A DNA stretch of 28,965 nucleotides, from the NCBI GenBank assembly GCA_033762915.1, contig JANRLD010000062.1:1-28965 (forward strand), read 5' to 3'. Both the position numbers and the translations under genes were made by a program. This stretch comes from Meiothermus sp. Lineage in GTDB: Bacteria > Deinococcota > Deinococci > Deinococcales > Thermaceae. Positions 1 to 8,610 of this stretch are shown here, one piece after another. Each line of letters begins with the position of its first letter. Position 1 is the stretch's first letter. Under the pieces are notes generated by a model. That model was not told the origin of the DNA. It did no database searches and saw only the letters and a list, made by a program, of their open reading frames with translations.

Positions 1-6
1 GCATAA

Positions 7-156
7 CCATGAAGTCCACCCCTACAGCGTAGGGGTGGGTAGGGCGGGGTTTGTTCCGCGCTGACCCATGTATTCGCTGACTGAATGGGCGACCTCGGAA
101 CAGACCCCTCCAACCTCCCCTACGCTGTAGGGGAGGCTTTATGGCGACTTTGCGGT
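7..156. repeat. REPIN/MITE-like long inverted-repeat element (left copy)
   Basis: Two hairpins in opposite orientation, CCACCCCTAC-AGC-GTAGGGGTGG (16-38) and CCTCCCCTAC-GCT-GTAGGGGAGG (114-136), sit in ~42-bp inverted arms. Bases 16-156 are the reverse complement of 28825-28965 with 2 mismatches. Confidence 0.9.
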
Positions 157-391
157 TGCCCTGCCGGCAGTCAGGACTCCCACACCCTAGTCAGCCCAGC
201 AGAGTCTGGGGCTCTGCCGTTAGCCCTCACCCGGAAACGCTCTGGCGACCGGGCGGCCTGATAGGTGGGCTCTGTTTTACCTGTGAGATGTCGTCAATTC
301 CTCGGGCGGCAGAGGTCCTGGGGACCGCGGTTGAAAGCGACAAAAGCTGGTTGGGGTCCGGCATTCAGCGTTCGGTGTTTGTTTGATTGTG

Positions 392-429
392 TGATAGACT
401 AACTTCGATAGCGAAAAGAAACGCTTCCA
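392..429 (+). promoter_or_regulatory. Extended -10 promoter (TG-a-TAGACT, 392-400) and putative LacI-family operator (416-429)
   Basis: AAGAAACGCTTCCA (reverse complement TGGAAGCGTTTCTT) fits the CG-centred LacI/GalR palindrome and lies just downstream of the -10 box, upstream of the LacI gene. Confidence 0.55.
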
Positions 430-474
430 GATGGGTGTTACAGGGGGTTGTTCTTTTCGCGAGGGGTATCGGAA

Positions 475-1503
475 GTGGCAAAACACAAACCCACCATTCA
501 TGAAGTCGCCCACCTGGCCAGGGTCGGAATCGGGACGGTCAGCCGGGTACTCAACAATCACCCCTCGGTGCGGCCCGAGACCCGCGCCCGCGTGACCGAA
601 GCCATGCAGTCCCTTGGCTACAGCCCCAACCCCCACGCCCGGCGCGTGGCAGGCGGGCGCAGCTATACCGTCTCGTTGGTGCTGCCGGTGGTGGCGACCG
701 AGTTCTACAACCGTCTCCTCGAGGGCATCGAGCAGATTCTTTCCGAGGAGCGCTACGAGATCGCGCTCTTTCCTATCCTTTCCTCCAGCCGCCTCGAGCG
801 CTACCTCGAGAGCCACTCGCTGGCCTACCAGACCGACGGGATGCTGGTGAGTTCGCAGGGCCTGGCCCACGCCCTGCCCGGCCACCGCTTCCCTACCGAG
901 CGCCCGGTGGTGCTGGTGGACGCCTACAGCCAGCGCTACGACTCGGTGTACATGGACAACCGGCTGGGCGGGCGGCTGGCAGGCCGACATCTCGGGCAGT
1001 TCGGGGGCAGCCAGTTCACCATCACGGTCGAGGAGGATCTGGACAAAGCCCTGGGCTACACCGTGTTCCGCGACCGCGTGGAGGGATTCGCCGAGGGGCT
1101 GGGCGAGCACCGCAAGAGCCTGCCCCCGGAGCACATCTTCACCTCCCGCTTCTCCGCCGAGGGGGGCCGCCTGGCCCTACAGCACTTCCGTAGCCTGGCC
1201 CAGCCGCCCTACAACATTTTCGCCGGAGCCGACCTGCTGGCCCTAGGCGTGCTCGAGGAGGCCGAGAAGATGGGCCTCGAGGTGGGGCGCGAGGTGCGGG
1301 TGCTGGGCTTCGACGGCCAGCCCTGGACCGAAGAACACGGCCTCTCGACCCTCTCCCAGCCCATCGAGGCAATGGGGGCCGAGGCCACCCGGCTGCTCTT
1401 GGAGCGCATCCACGGCTACAAGGGACTGTCCAAAGCTGTTCGCTTCGAGCCCACGCTGCTCGAGCGGCGTTCGACCAAACCGACCAAGGTCTACGCAGAC
1501 TGA
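475..1503 (+). CDS. LacI/GalR-family transcriptional regulator
   Basis: N-terminal HTH (TIHEVAHLARVGIGTVSRVLN), hinge YSPNPHAR, and a sugar-binding domain (VLGFDG, LSTLSQP). GTG at 475 preferred over 448. Confidence 0.93.
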   Translation: MAKHKPTIHEVAHLARVGIGTVSRVLNNHPSVRPETRARVTEAMQSLGYSPNPHARRVAGGRSYTVSLVLPVVATEFYNRLLEGIEQILSEERYEIALFPILSSSRLERYLESHSLAYQTDGMLVSSQGLAHALPGHRFPTERPVVLVDAYSQRYDSVYMDNRLGGRLAGRHLGQFGGSQFTITVEEDLDKALGYTVFRDRVEGFAEGLGEHRKSLPPEHIFTSRFSAEGGRLALQHFRSLAQPPYNIFAGADLLALGVLEEAEKMGLEVGREVRVLGFDGQPWTEEHGLSTLSQPIEAMGAEATRLLLERIHGYKGLSKAVRFEPTLLERRSTKPTKVYAD

Positions 1504-1597
1504 TCGCGTTTCCCACCATTACCTCCCTGGTGGCGGCAGGTAATGTACTCCCCACAGCGGTTTTTGCTGTCGCGAGTATGCGTGGGAACCGCTCTGA
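1501..1597 (+). mobile_element. MITE family A, copy 1 (TSD TGA)
   Basis: Imperfect terminal inverted repeats TCGCGTTTCCCAC / GTGGGAACCGCTC. TGA at 1501-1503 (also the LacI stop) and at 1595-1597. Homologous to three other copies. Confidence 0.8.
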
Positions 1598-1949
1598 GTG
1601 GCTCCATGGTCATGCTGCGAAATGCTGCCGGGAAACCACTGTAGGGAAAAGCGCCGAGAACAGGTTGCCCCTACCGATCTCGCAGATTCACCTTAGAGCA
1701 TAGGCCGCCTTGGGACTTGCTAAGAGTAGTACTGCGCCGCGCTTTGGTCGAGGCGGGGGTCTTTGGCTGGACTCCGGGGTGAGTCCTGAGGTGAAGCGCA
1801 CAGCGCCGCAGTGTACTCGGCGTGGAAAACACCGCCGTTTCGAAGGGTTGGAACCGCCCTAGTCGCGCGGTAGGCGGACTTTTCTTACACGTAGCAACTT
1901 TCACAAGATTCACAATCGGGCGGTGGGGGCAGTGCTAAGATTAGCACCA

Positions 1950-3119
1950 ATGAGAGGCATCCGTGACCCAAAGCTAGTCCCCATCGCCGAGAAGATCGAG
2001 GCGGGCCAGCGCTTGAGCTTCGACGAGGGCATGGTGCTCTACCACACCCCCGACTACAACAGCCTGATGCGCCTGGCCAACCTGGTGCGCGAGCGCCGGC
2101 ACGGCGACAAGACCTACTTCGTCCACTCGATGCGCCTCGAGTTCACCAACCTCTGCTATGTGGGCTGCACCTTCTGCGCCTTCGCGGCCCGTAAGGGTGA
2201 GGCTCGTGCCTGGGACTACAGCGTCGAGGACGTGGTGGCCAAGGTGCGCGAGAAGTGGGAGCCGGGCCTGACCGAGCTGCACATGAGCTCTGGCCACCAC
2301 CCCAACCGCCCCTGGAGCTACTACCCCGAGATGGTGCAGGCGCTGAACGAGAACTTTCCGGGCATTCAGGTCAAGGCCTTCACCGCCGCCGAAATCGAGC
2401 ACCTGTCCAAGATTTCCAAGAAGCCGACCCTCGAGGTACTGCGCGAACTCAAGGCCGCCGGCCTGGCCGCAATGCCGGGCGGTGGGGCAGAGATCTTCGC
2501 CGAGCGCGTTCGTAAGCAGATCGCCAAGAATAAGGTCAAGGCCGAGAAGTGGCTGCAGATCCACAAGGAGGCCCACAGCCTGGGCATCCGCACCAACGGC
2601 ACCATGCTCTACGGACACATCGAGACCCTCGAGGAACGCCTCGACCACATGGACCGCCTGCGCAGGCTGCAGGACGAAACCGGCGGCTTCTACTCCTTCA
2701 TCCCCCTGGCCTTCCAGCCCGACGCCAACGCCCTGGCCTTCAACCTGGGCAAGACCGAGTTCACCACTGGCCTCGACGACCTGCGGAACCTGGCGGTGGC
2801 TCGGCTCTACATGGACAACTTCGACCACATCAAGGGCTACTGGGTGATGATCTCTTCCGATCTGGTGCAAGTTTCGCTGGGCTGGGGCGTCTCGGACATC
2901 GACGGAACCATCCTCGAGGAGCACATTGCCCACGCGGCAGGCGCAACCAGCCCAATGATGCTCTCCAAGCAAAAGATGGTGAACCTGATCCAGACCGCGG
3001 GCCGGGTTCCGGTGGAGCGCGACGCCCTCTATAACGAACTGAATGTGTGGGTTTCGCCCATGCCAGGGTTGGCGGGTCCAGCCTCGAGGGCCGAACCGAC
3101 GGCACTCGCCAGCAGTTGA
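1950..3119 (+). CDS. mqnE: Aminofutalosine synthase (radical SAM, futalosine menaquinone pathway)
   Basis: CxxxCxxC motif (CYVGCTFC), MPGGGAEIF, TMLYGHIE and HIKGYWVM are CofH/MqnC/MqnE-family motifs; adjacent to mqnA. ATG 1950 lies 8 nt after TG-c-TAAGAT. Confidence 0.88.
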   Translation: MRGIRDPKLVPIAEKIEAGQRLSFDEGMVLYHTPDYNSLMRLANLVRERRHGDKTYFVHSMRLEFTNLCYVGCTFCAFAARKGEARAWDYSVEDVVAKVREKWEPGLTELHMSSGHHPNRPWSYYPEMVQALNENFPGIQVKAFTAAEIEHLSKISKKPTLEVLRELKAAGLAAMPGGGAEIFAERVRKQIAKNKVKAEKWLQIHKEAHSLGIRTNGTMLYGHIETLEERLDHMDRLRRLQDETGGFYSFIPLAFQPDANALAFNLGKTEFTTGLDDLRNLAVARLYMDNFDHIKGYWVMISSDLVQVSLGWGVSDIDGTILEEHIAHAAGATSPMMLSKQKMVNLIQTAGRVPVERDALYNELNVWVSPMPGLAGPASRAEPTALASS

Positions 3120-3159
3120 CGTCTGGCCCTTGGCCCTGGAATCTCGACTGACCCTCGCC

Positions 3160-3984
3160 ATGTACATCCTTGGAGTTCCCCGCTACGCCAACACCGCACC
3201 CCTCTATCACTTCCTCGAGGAGGGCGACGGCATCTCGTTCCGCTACGGTGTGCCCACCGAGCTGAACAAATGGCTCCTAGAGGGCGAGGTGGACTTGAGC
3301 CTGGTCAGCAGTTTCTTTTACCTCAAGAACTCCGACCGCCTCAAGCCGCTGCCCGACTTCTCGGTCGCCGACCTGGGGCCGGTCTACTCGGTGAACCTGT
3401 TCCACCGTAAGCCCTGGGGCGAGCTGAAAAAGATCGCGCTGACCACCGAGAGCGCTACCTCGGTGCGGCTGCTGCAACACCTGCTCGCCTCTGAAGGGGT
3501 GAGGCCCGAGTATGTAACCACGCAGGGTGGCCTCGAGCTGCTCGAGAGCCATGACGGCGTGCTGCTGATCGGCGACAAGGCCATTACCGCCTACTGCAGT
3601 TTGCTCACCGTCATCCCCGAGTCGGTGCACCAGGTGCCGACGGAGTTCGTCTACGAGAACCGGCCGCTTAGCGTGACCGACCTCTCGATGCGGTGGTTCG
3701 AGCAGACCCGGCTGCCTTTCGTGTTCGCGGTCTGGGCCACCCGCAAGAACGCCCCGCCGCCGCCTGAGGTGGTGCGTCGCCTGCGCTCGGCGAGGTCGCT
3801 GGGGCTGGGCAATCTCTCGGCCGTCGCTGGCACCGAGGCCCAGCGATTGGGGGTGCCGGCCGCGCTGATGCAGCACTACTTGTTCAACTTCCGCTATCAC
3901 CTCGAGGCCCCCGACCGGCTGGGGCTCGAGAAGTTTGCCGAGGCAGTGAACGTGGGGTATCCGGGCGAGTTCTGGGACGTGTAG
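3160..3984 (+). CDS. mqnA: Chorismate dehydratase (menaquinone biosynthesis, DUF178)
   Basis: YANTAPL, GPVYSV, SATSV, LLIGD and LPFVFAVW motifs; directly downstream of mqnE. ATG 3160 chosen. Confidence 0.9.
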   Translation: MYILGVPRYANTAPLYHFLEEGDGISFRYGVPTELNKWLLEGEVDLSLVSSFFYLKNSDRLKPLPDFSVADLGPVYSVNLFHRKPWGELKKIALTTESATSVRLLQHLLASEGVRPEYVTTQGGLELLESHDGVLLIGDKAITAYCSLLTVIPESVHQVPTEFVYENRPLSVTDLSMRWFEQTRLPFVFAVWATRKNAPPPPEVVRRLRSARSLGLGNLSAVAGTEAQRLGVPAALMQHYLFNFRYHLEAPDRLGLEKFAEAVNVGYPGEFWDV

Positions 3985-4337
3985 CTCGGTCTCTGCGCGC
4001 AAAACGCCAGACCGTATGAGTCAAACCGCTGCAATGTGCTCACTAGCTGAGTTCAGGGATGGGCTGAGCCTCGTAGAGGTGGCCCGATTTTTGGAGCCGG
4101 GGCCGGCACTCGACTTTTGAGGGCTGTAGGCTTCGTCTGGAATCGGGGCTTGAACCGAGGGCTGGTCCGTTGTATCCCCGCCGATCTCAAGGGAGGGTAA
4201 GTTGCGCGAGGGTGGGCGTACGCGATCAGAAGGGGCGAGAGTTGCGTTCAAGGCGATTTTCCCTACGGGCGTTTGGGGCAGCATCTCGCGTTGGATGGTG
4301 CAGCCGGCTAAAGGCGGACAAACCGTCCACGGCTGAG

Positions 4338-7118
4338 CTACGGCCCCTCCGACGGCAACTCGAGCCCCGGTCTTTGGGGCAACCGCCCACTTCCGATGGT
4401 GGGAATGGCCACGTTGAGGTTGAAGTAGAACCGCGCCCCCGGTTCGCCCAATCCCTGGGCCACCCCAACAGCCACGCTGCTGCCCGGTGCCAGCCACAGC
4501 AGTGTCATCGTCATGCGGAGTTCTGCGCCCAGGCTGAAGCGGGTCTGGCCAAAGTCCAGGGTGTCGCGGCCTGCCACACCCGCGTCGGCGAAAACGCTCA
4601 GGCCCAGGTCGTCGAAGAAAAGGGGCCAATTGCCCAGTCCCCGCTCGAGGTTCCACGGCGGCAGGCGGTACTCGAGGCTGGCCGTCACGGCCCGGTTGCC
4701 GCTGAGCTGCCCGATGCCGAAACCGCGCACCGCCAGCACCGGCAGCCCCCCCGCAAAGGCGAGGGGCAGGCCCAAGTCGATCGCGTCGGTACGGAGGGGC
4801 GAGGTGGTGAGGCCCCCCGCCACCCGCAGTCCGAAGCTTTGGGGGGTCTCGGTGGGGAGACGGATTTGCACGCTCAGGGCGCCGCGCAGGGCGTAGTACC
4901 AGTCGGGGCGGTCGGAGTAGTTGAACACACTGCCCACCACCGAGAGGGCATTGCGGGTGCGGTACAGGTCGCTGGCCGTGCCGCCGAACTGGTTGAGCCG
5001 CAGCGAGAAGGTGTTGGACAGGGTGGTGCGGCCCGCGTTGATCTCGGAAATCACCTCGTCGGCGCGGAGGTACTGCGCCTCAAGTCCCCCCGTGGGCGAC
5101 CAGAAGCGCGTCCCGACCGACTGGGCGTTCTCGATCCCCAGGCCGGAAGCCTGGAGGATGAGCGGGGTACCCAGCCCGGCGAACTGGTAGCCCAGGTTGT
5201 AGGCGGCCCCGCGCAGGAAGCTGTCAAACCCCGCCGAGACCGAGTAGGCGTGGATTCCGACGGGGTCGGAGGCCGAAAACGAGACCCCGAGGCTGCCGCC
5301 GAAACCGGTGCTGTCGAGGTAGAGCCCGCCGGAGGGCAGCCAGTAGCGCGGGGCCAGGAAGGCGAAGGGGTTGTAGGTCTCGCTGCGGGCGGGCTCGGCG
5401 GGCGTGAAGGCCGGCAAGGGCTCGCGCTTCGGCTCGACCCGCTTCCACGAGTCGGGGCTGTAGGGCATCTGGTAGAGGTTGTAGCCACCGCCTTCGTAAC
5501 CGGTAAAGAGAATGCGCCGGCGGTCGGCCGAAACGGCGGGGGAGAAGGCCCCGGTGAGCAGGTTGGTAACCTGAAACACCGCGCCGTCGTCCAGGCGGTG
5601 GGCGTAGAGGTTGTAGACCCGGTTCAGGTCCGAGGCGTAGAGCACGTAGCGCCCATCCGGGCTGAACACGGGGTCCGCGTCCACGTTGCGGTCCTGGGTC
5701 AGGGCGGTCAGTTCGCCGGTCTGGGGCACGTAGCGGTAGAGATCTTGGAAGCCGCCGCGGCGCAGCAGCGAGAGCACCAGAACATCGCCCCTGGGCGATA
5801 CCGTAAAAGAGTGGATCACCCCGTCCTGGTGGGGGAAGTCGCGAAAGGGCTGGAGCCGATCGAGGTCGATGAAGTAGCGGGCCAGGCGGGTCGAGCCATC
5901 GGGCTCGTTCTTGGCCACGAAGATGCTCTTGCCATCGGGGGCGTAGCGGGCGAAGTAGACCCGCTCTCCGTTGGTCAGGGCCTTGCGGGCGCCGGTGGCG
6001 AGGTCGTAGAGGTAAAGGTCGGCGTTGGAGCTGTATGCGCTGGTGGGGCCAGTGGCGGTATAGATGACGCTCTTGCCATCTGGCGACCACTGGGCCGAGC
6101 CCGCCTCCCCGGCGAACAGCTCGCGGTCCTGGCCGTCCTTGATCAGCCGCAGGCCGTTGCGTAAAGCAGAGAGGTGGTGGTAGATCAGCCCGCTTGTGGA
6201 GTCGTCAGGGCTGGAGGCGAAGAAGCCGAGGCTCGAGAGCCGTTCCGCCTGGGTCACCCCGGTCTGCCGTATCGAGGCAATCTCGGCCTCGAACTGGCTG
6301 GGCAGCCAGTTCACAAAGTCGGCGTAGAGCTGGTCGAGCGATACCTTGAAGGCCTGCTCGAAGGGAACGCTGAAGTCCTTGGTGGAGACCAGCCCCCCGT
6401 TCACGTCGCTAAAGCGCTTGTAGGCGTCGGGGCCAAAGCGCACCTCGAGGTAGTAGACCAGCCAGGCCGAGTAGTTGTACACCAGAAAGCCCAGGTAAGG
6501 CCAGTCGCGCCGGCTGTAGTTCTGCCGGATCTCGTCGAGGCTGGGGAAGCGGCCCGAGAGCACCATCTGTCGGATCGCCATGCGGGTCATGGCGTCGTTG
6601 AGGCGCGACTCGCCGAGGTGCTTGTACTTCAGGTAGACCGCCACGCCCTCGATGAAGGGCCAAGGCTTGACCGCGCTCTGGGCGGGTATCTGGCCCAGGA
6701 TCCGGGTGCGTTCCTTGAGCGCGCCGCGGGTCTGGTTGAGGTCGAAGATGTGGGCCACCTCGTGGAAGATAATGGTCTGCCACCACGAGCCCAGGCGCGG
6801 GTTGAAGACCTCCGAGCTGCGGAACTGTGCCGTAAAGATGCCGATCACGTTGGTGGTGGGGTTGGCGAAACCGTTGAGGTTCTCCCCTACGTCGGAGAGT
6901 ACGATGCTGACCCGACCCGGCGGCGGCTCGAACTCGGCGGAGAGGATGGCGTAGGCCTGCTCGGCGTAAACGGCGGCCTCGGGGGCGACGCGCTCGAGAC
7001 CCGCGTGAAAGTGAATATCGAAGTGCTCACTACGAATCGTAGACCAGCCCCGGCTGGGGTCGAACTGGGCCAGCGCAGAGGCCAGGAGTAGCGCGAAGAA
7101 AGCAAGAGAACGCCGCAT
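4338..7118 (-). CDS. Outer-membrane protein: signal peptide + gluzincin-like peptidase + TolB/PD40 beta-propeller + Omp85/BamA-type barrel
   Basis: Signal peptide ending ASALA; HEVAH with downstream FIEGVA; WSPDGK/FSPDGR/YAPDGK repeats; C-terminal VRGF, LEYRLP, VFADAG, SLGAELR and FYFNL barrel motifs. Confidence 0.82.
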   Translation of the reverse strand: MRRSLAFFALLLASALAQFDPSRGWSTIRSEHFDIHFHAGLERVAPEAAVYAEQAYAILSAEFEPPPGRVSIVLSDVGENLNGFANPTTNVIGIFTAQFRSSEVFNPRLGSWWQTIIFHEVAHIFDLNQTRGALKERTRILGQIPAQSAVKPWPFIEGVAVYLKYKHLGESRLNDAMTRMAIRQMVLSGRFPSLDEIRQNYSRRDWPYLGFLVYNYSAWLVYYLEVRFGPDAYKRFSDVNGGLVSTKDFSVPFEQAFKVSLDQLYADFVNWLPSQFEAEIASIRQTGVTQAERLSSLGFFASSPDDSTSGLIYHHLSALRNGLRLIKDGQDRELFAGEAGSAQWSPDGKSVIYTATGPTSAYSSNADLYLYDLATGARKALTNGERVYFARYAPDGKSIFVAKNEPDGSTRLARYFIDLDRLQPFRDFPHQDGVIHSFTVSPRGDVLVLSLLRRGGFQDLYRYVPQTGELTALTQDRNVDADPVFSPDGRYVLYASDLNRVYNLYAHRLDDGAVFQVTNLLTGAFSPAVSADRRRILFTGYEGGGYNLYQMPYSPDSWKRVEPKREPLPAFTPAEPARSETYNPFAFLAPRYWLPSGGLYLDSTGFGGSLGVSFSASDPVGIHAYSVSAGFDSFLRGAAYNLGYQFAGLGTPLILQASGLGIENAQSVGTRFWSPTGGLEAQYLRADEVISEINAGRTTLSNTFSLRLNQFGGTASDLYRTRNALSVVGSVFNYSDRPDWYYALRGALSVQIRLPTETPQSFGLRVAGGLTTSPLRTDAIDLGLPLAFAGGLPVLAVRGFGIGQLSGNRAVTASLEYRLPPWNLERGLGNWPLFFDDLGLSVFADAGVAGRDTLDFGQTRFSLGAELRMTMTLLWLAPGSSVAVGVAQGLGEPGARFYFNLNVAIPTIGSGRLPQRPGLELPSEGP

Positions 7119-7225
7119 TTGGGATCAGTATAGGAAGCCGGCTCCGGCAGTTCATGAAGCGGTGGCAGGCCCGAGGCTCAGGGGTGTAGAGTTTGGGCCA
7201 GAACCGGGGTAAGCCGGGAGGCCCG

Positions 7226-8395
7226 ATGAACGCCAAAAAACTTGCCGAGGTACAGGACTTCTTGCTGGGGCACGGGCTCCAAGGCTGGCTGGTGTGCGAC
7301 TTCAGGGGTGCCAACCCCTTCGCCGCACGGGTGCTGGGCCTGGGCGAGGGCATCTTCACCCGACGCTGGTTTTTGTGGGTGCCGGCCAGGGGCGAACCCC
7401 GGCTGCTGATTCACGACATCGAGGCGCTCTCCTTCCGGGGGCTGGGACTCGAGCTGACCGGCTACAACGGGCGAGAGAGCCTGCGCGCGGGGCTGGGGAA
7501 GCTGCTGGGCCGGGCCAAGCGGATCGCTATGGAGTATTCGCCAGAGAACAACAACCCCTATGTCTCGAGGGTGGACGCCGGCACGGTAGAGCTGGTGCGG
7601 GGGTACGGGCTCGAGGTGGTCAGCTCGGGCGACTTGCTGCAACTTTTCCCAACCTGGAATGCGTCCCAGCTCGCCCACCACCGCAAAGCCGCCAAGGTAC
7701 TGGCTGGGGTCAAGGACGCGGCATTTGCGCTGTTGCGCGAGCGCGTGGCGGGGCATGTGCCCATAACCGAGCATGAGCTACAGTCCTTCATGCTCAACCT
7801 CCTGCACCAGCAGGGCATGGAAACCGATCACGCCCCTACCGTGGCCTTCGGCGACCGGGTGGGGGTGGGGCACTATTCGCCCTCAGCGGGCGACCCCAGG
7901 GCCCTCGAGCCCGGCCCGGTCTTGCTCGACCTTTGGTGCAAGGCGCCCGGCGACAACCCCTACGCCGACATCGCTTGGATGGCCTACTGGGGCACCCCCG
8001 GCGAAGAGTTCAGCCGGGCCTTTGCGGCTGCGCTGGCGGCTCGAGACCTGGCGGTGGAGTTCCTGCAAGCCCGCTTCGCCAGCAGCCAGCAGGTACTGGG
8101 CTACGAGGTGGACCGGCTGGTTCGCCAGAGCTTGGCCGAGGCCGGGTTCGGGGGCCGGATGCGCCGCCGCACCGGGCACAGCCTCGGAACAGCCGCCGTG
8201 CACGGCGAGGCTGCCCATTTCGACGACTTCGAGACCCTCGACGACCGGGCAGTTCTGCCCAGGCTGGGCTACACCCTAGAGCCGGGATTTCCGCTCTCGA
8301 GGTACGGGGTTCACACCGAGATCAACGTTTACACCCACAAAAACCGGGTTGAGGTAACCACGCCCGTACAGCGGGAGTTGATCCGGCTGGGGTGA
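7226..8395 (+). CDS. M24-family (Xaa-Pro aminopeptidase-like) metallopeptidase
   Basis: Pita-bread metal ligands LLDLW, YADI, TGHSLG, LEPG and TEIN. GGAGG RBS before ATG 7226. Confidence 0.88.
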   Translation: MNAKKLAEVQDFLLGHGLQGWLVCDFRGANPFAARVLGLGEGIFTRRWFLWVPARGEPRLLIHDIEALSFRGLGLELTGYNGRESLRAGLGKLLGRAKRIAMEYSPENNNPYVSRVDAGTVELVRGYGLEVVSSGDLLQLFPTWNASQLAHHRKAAKVLAGVKDAAFALLRERVAGHVPITEHELQSFMLNLLHQQGMETDHAPTVAFGDRVGVGHYSPSAGDPRALEPGPVLLDLWCKAPGDNPYADIAWMAYWGTPGEEFSRAFAAALAARDLAVEFLQARFASSQQVLGYEVDRLVRQSLAEAGFGGRMRRRTGHSLGTAAVHGEAAHFDDFETLDDRAVLPRLGYTLEPGFPLSRYGVHTEINVYTHKNRVEVTTPVQRELIRLG

Positions 8396-8610
8396 GCCGC
8401 CGTTTACCCTTGCGCACCCTGCCGGGTCGGGGGTTTGGCCCCGACTTGGTCCTCGAGGCAATTGACCCTGTTACGCAAGACCGCGTTAGGGGAAACTGTG
8501 CTCGTGCTTAGTGAACCTTTTCCCAAGAGGGTTTGATGGGGCGCTAAGCGGCTCGGGCACGACATCTCAGGTCTCGAGCCTACACCAAAGAGCCAAACCA
8601 GGAGGTTTGT

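Noticed and set aside
1625..1680. Cobalamin riboswitch (CCACTG...GGGAA resemblance)
   Set aside because: The other conserved B12-element blocks are missing, and mqnE appears leaderless.
1889..1915. Rex operator upstream of mqnE (TTCACAA twice)
   Set aside because: Only half-sites in direct orientation, 9 bp apart; the TTGTGAA arm is absent.
4021..4300. Small minus-strand ORF between mqnA and the Omp85 gene
   Set aside because: Low-complexity Ser/Pro-rich translation with no clear RBS or motif.
4170..7091. Long plus-strand ORFs (664 aa, 305 aa) and similar antisense ORFs across the window
   Set aside because: They are shadow frames of real genes in GC-rich DNA, with no motifs and atypical composition.
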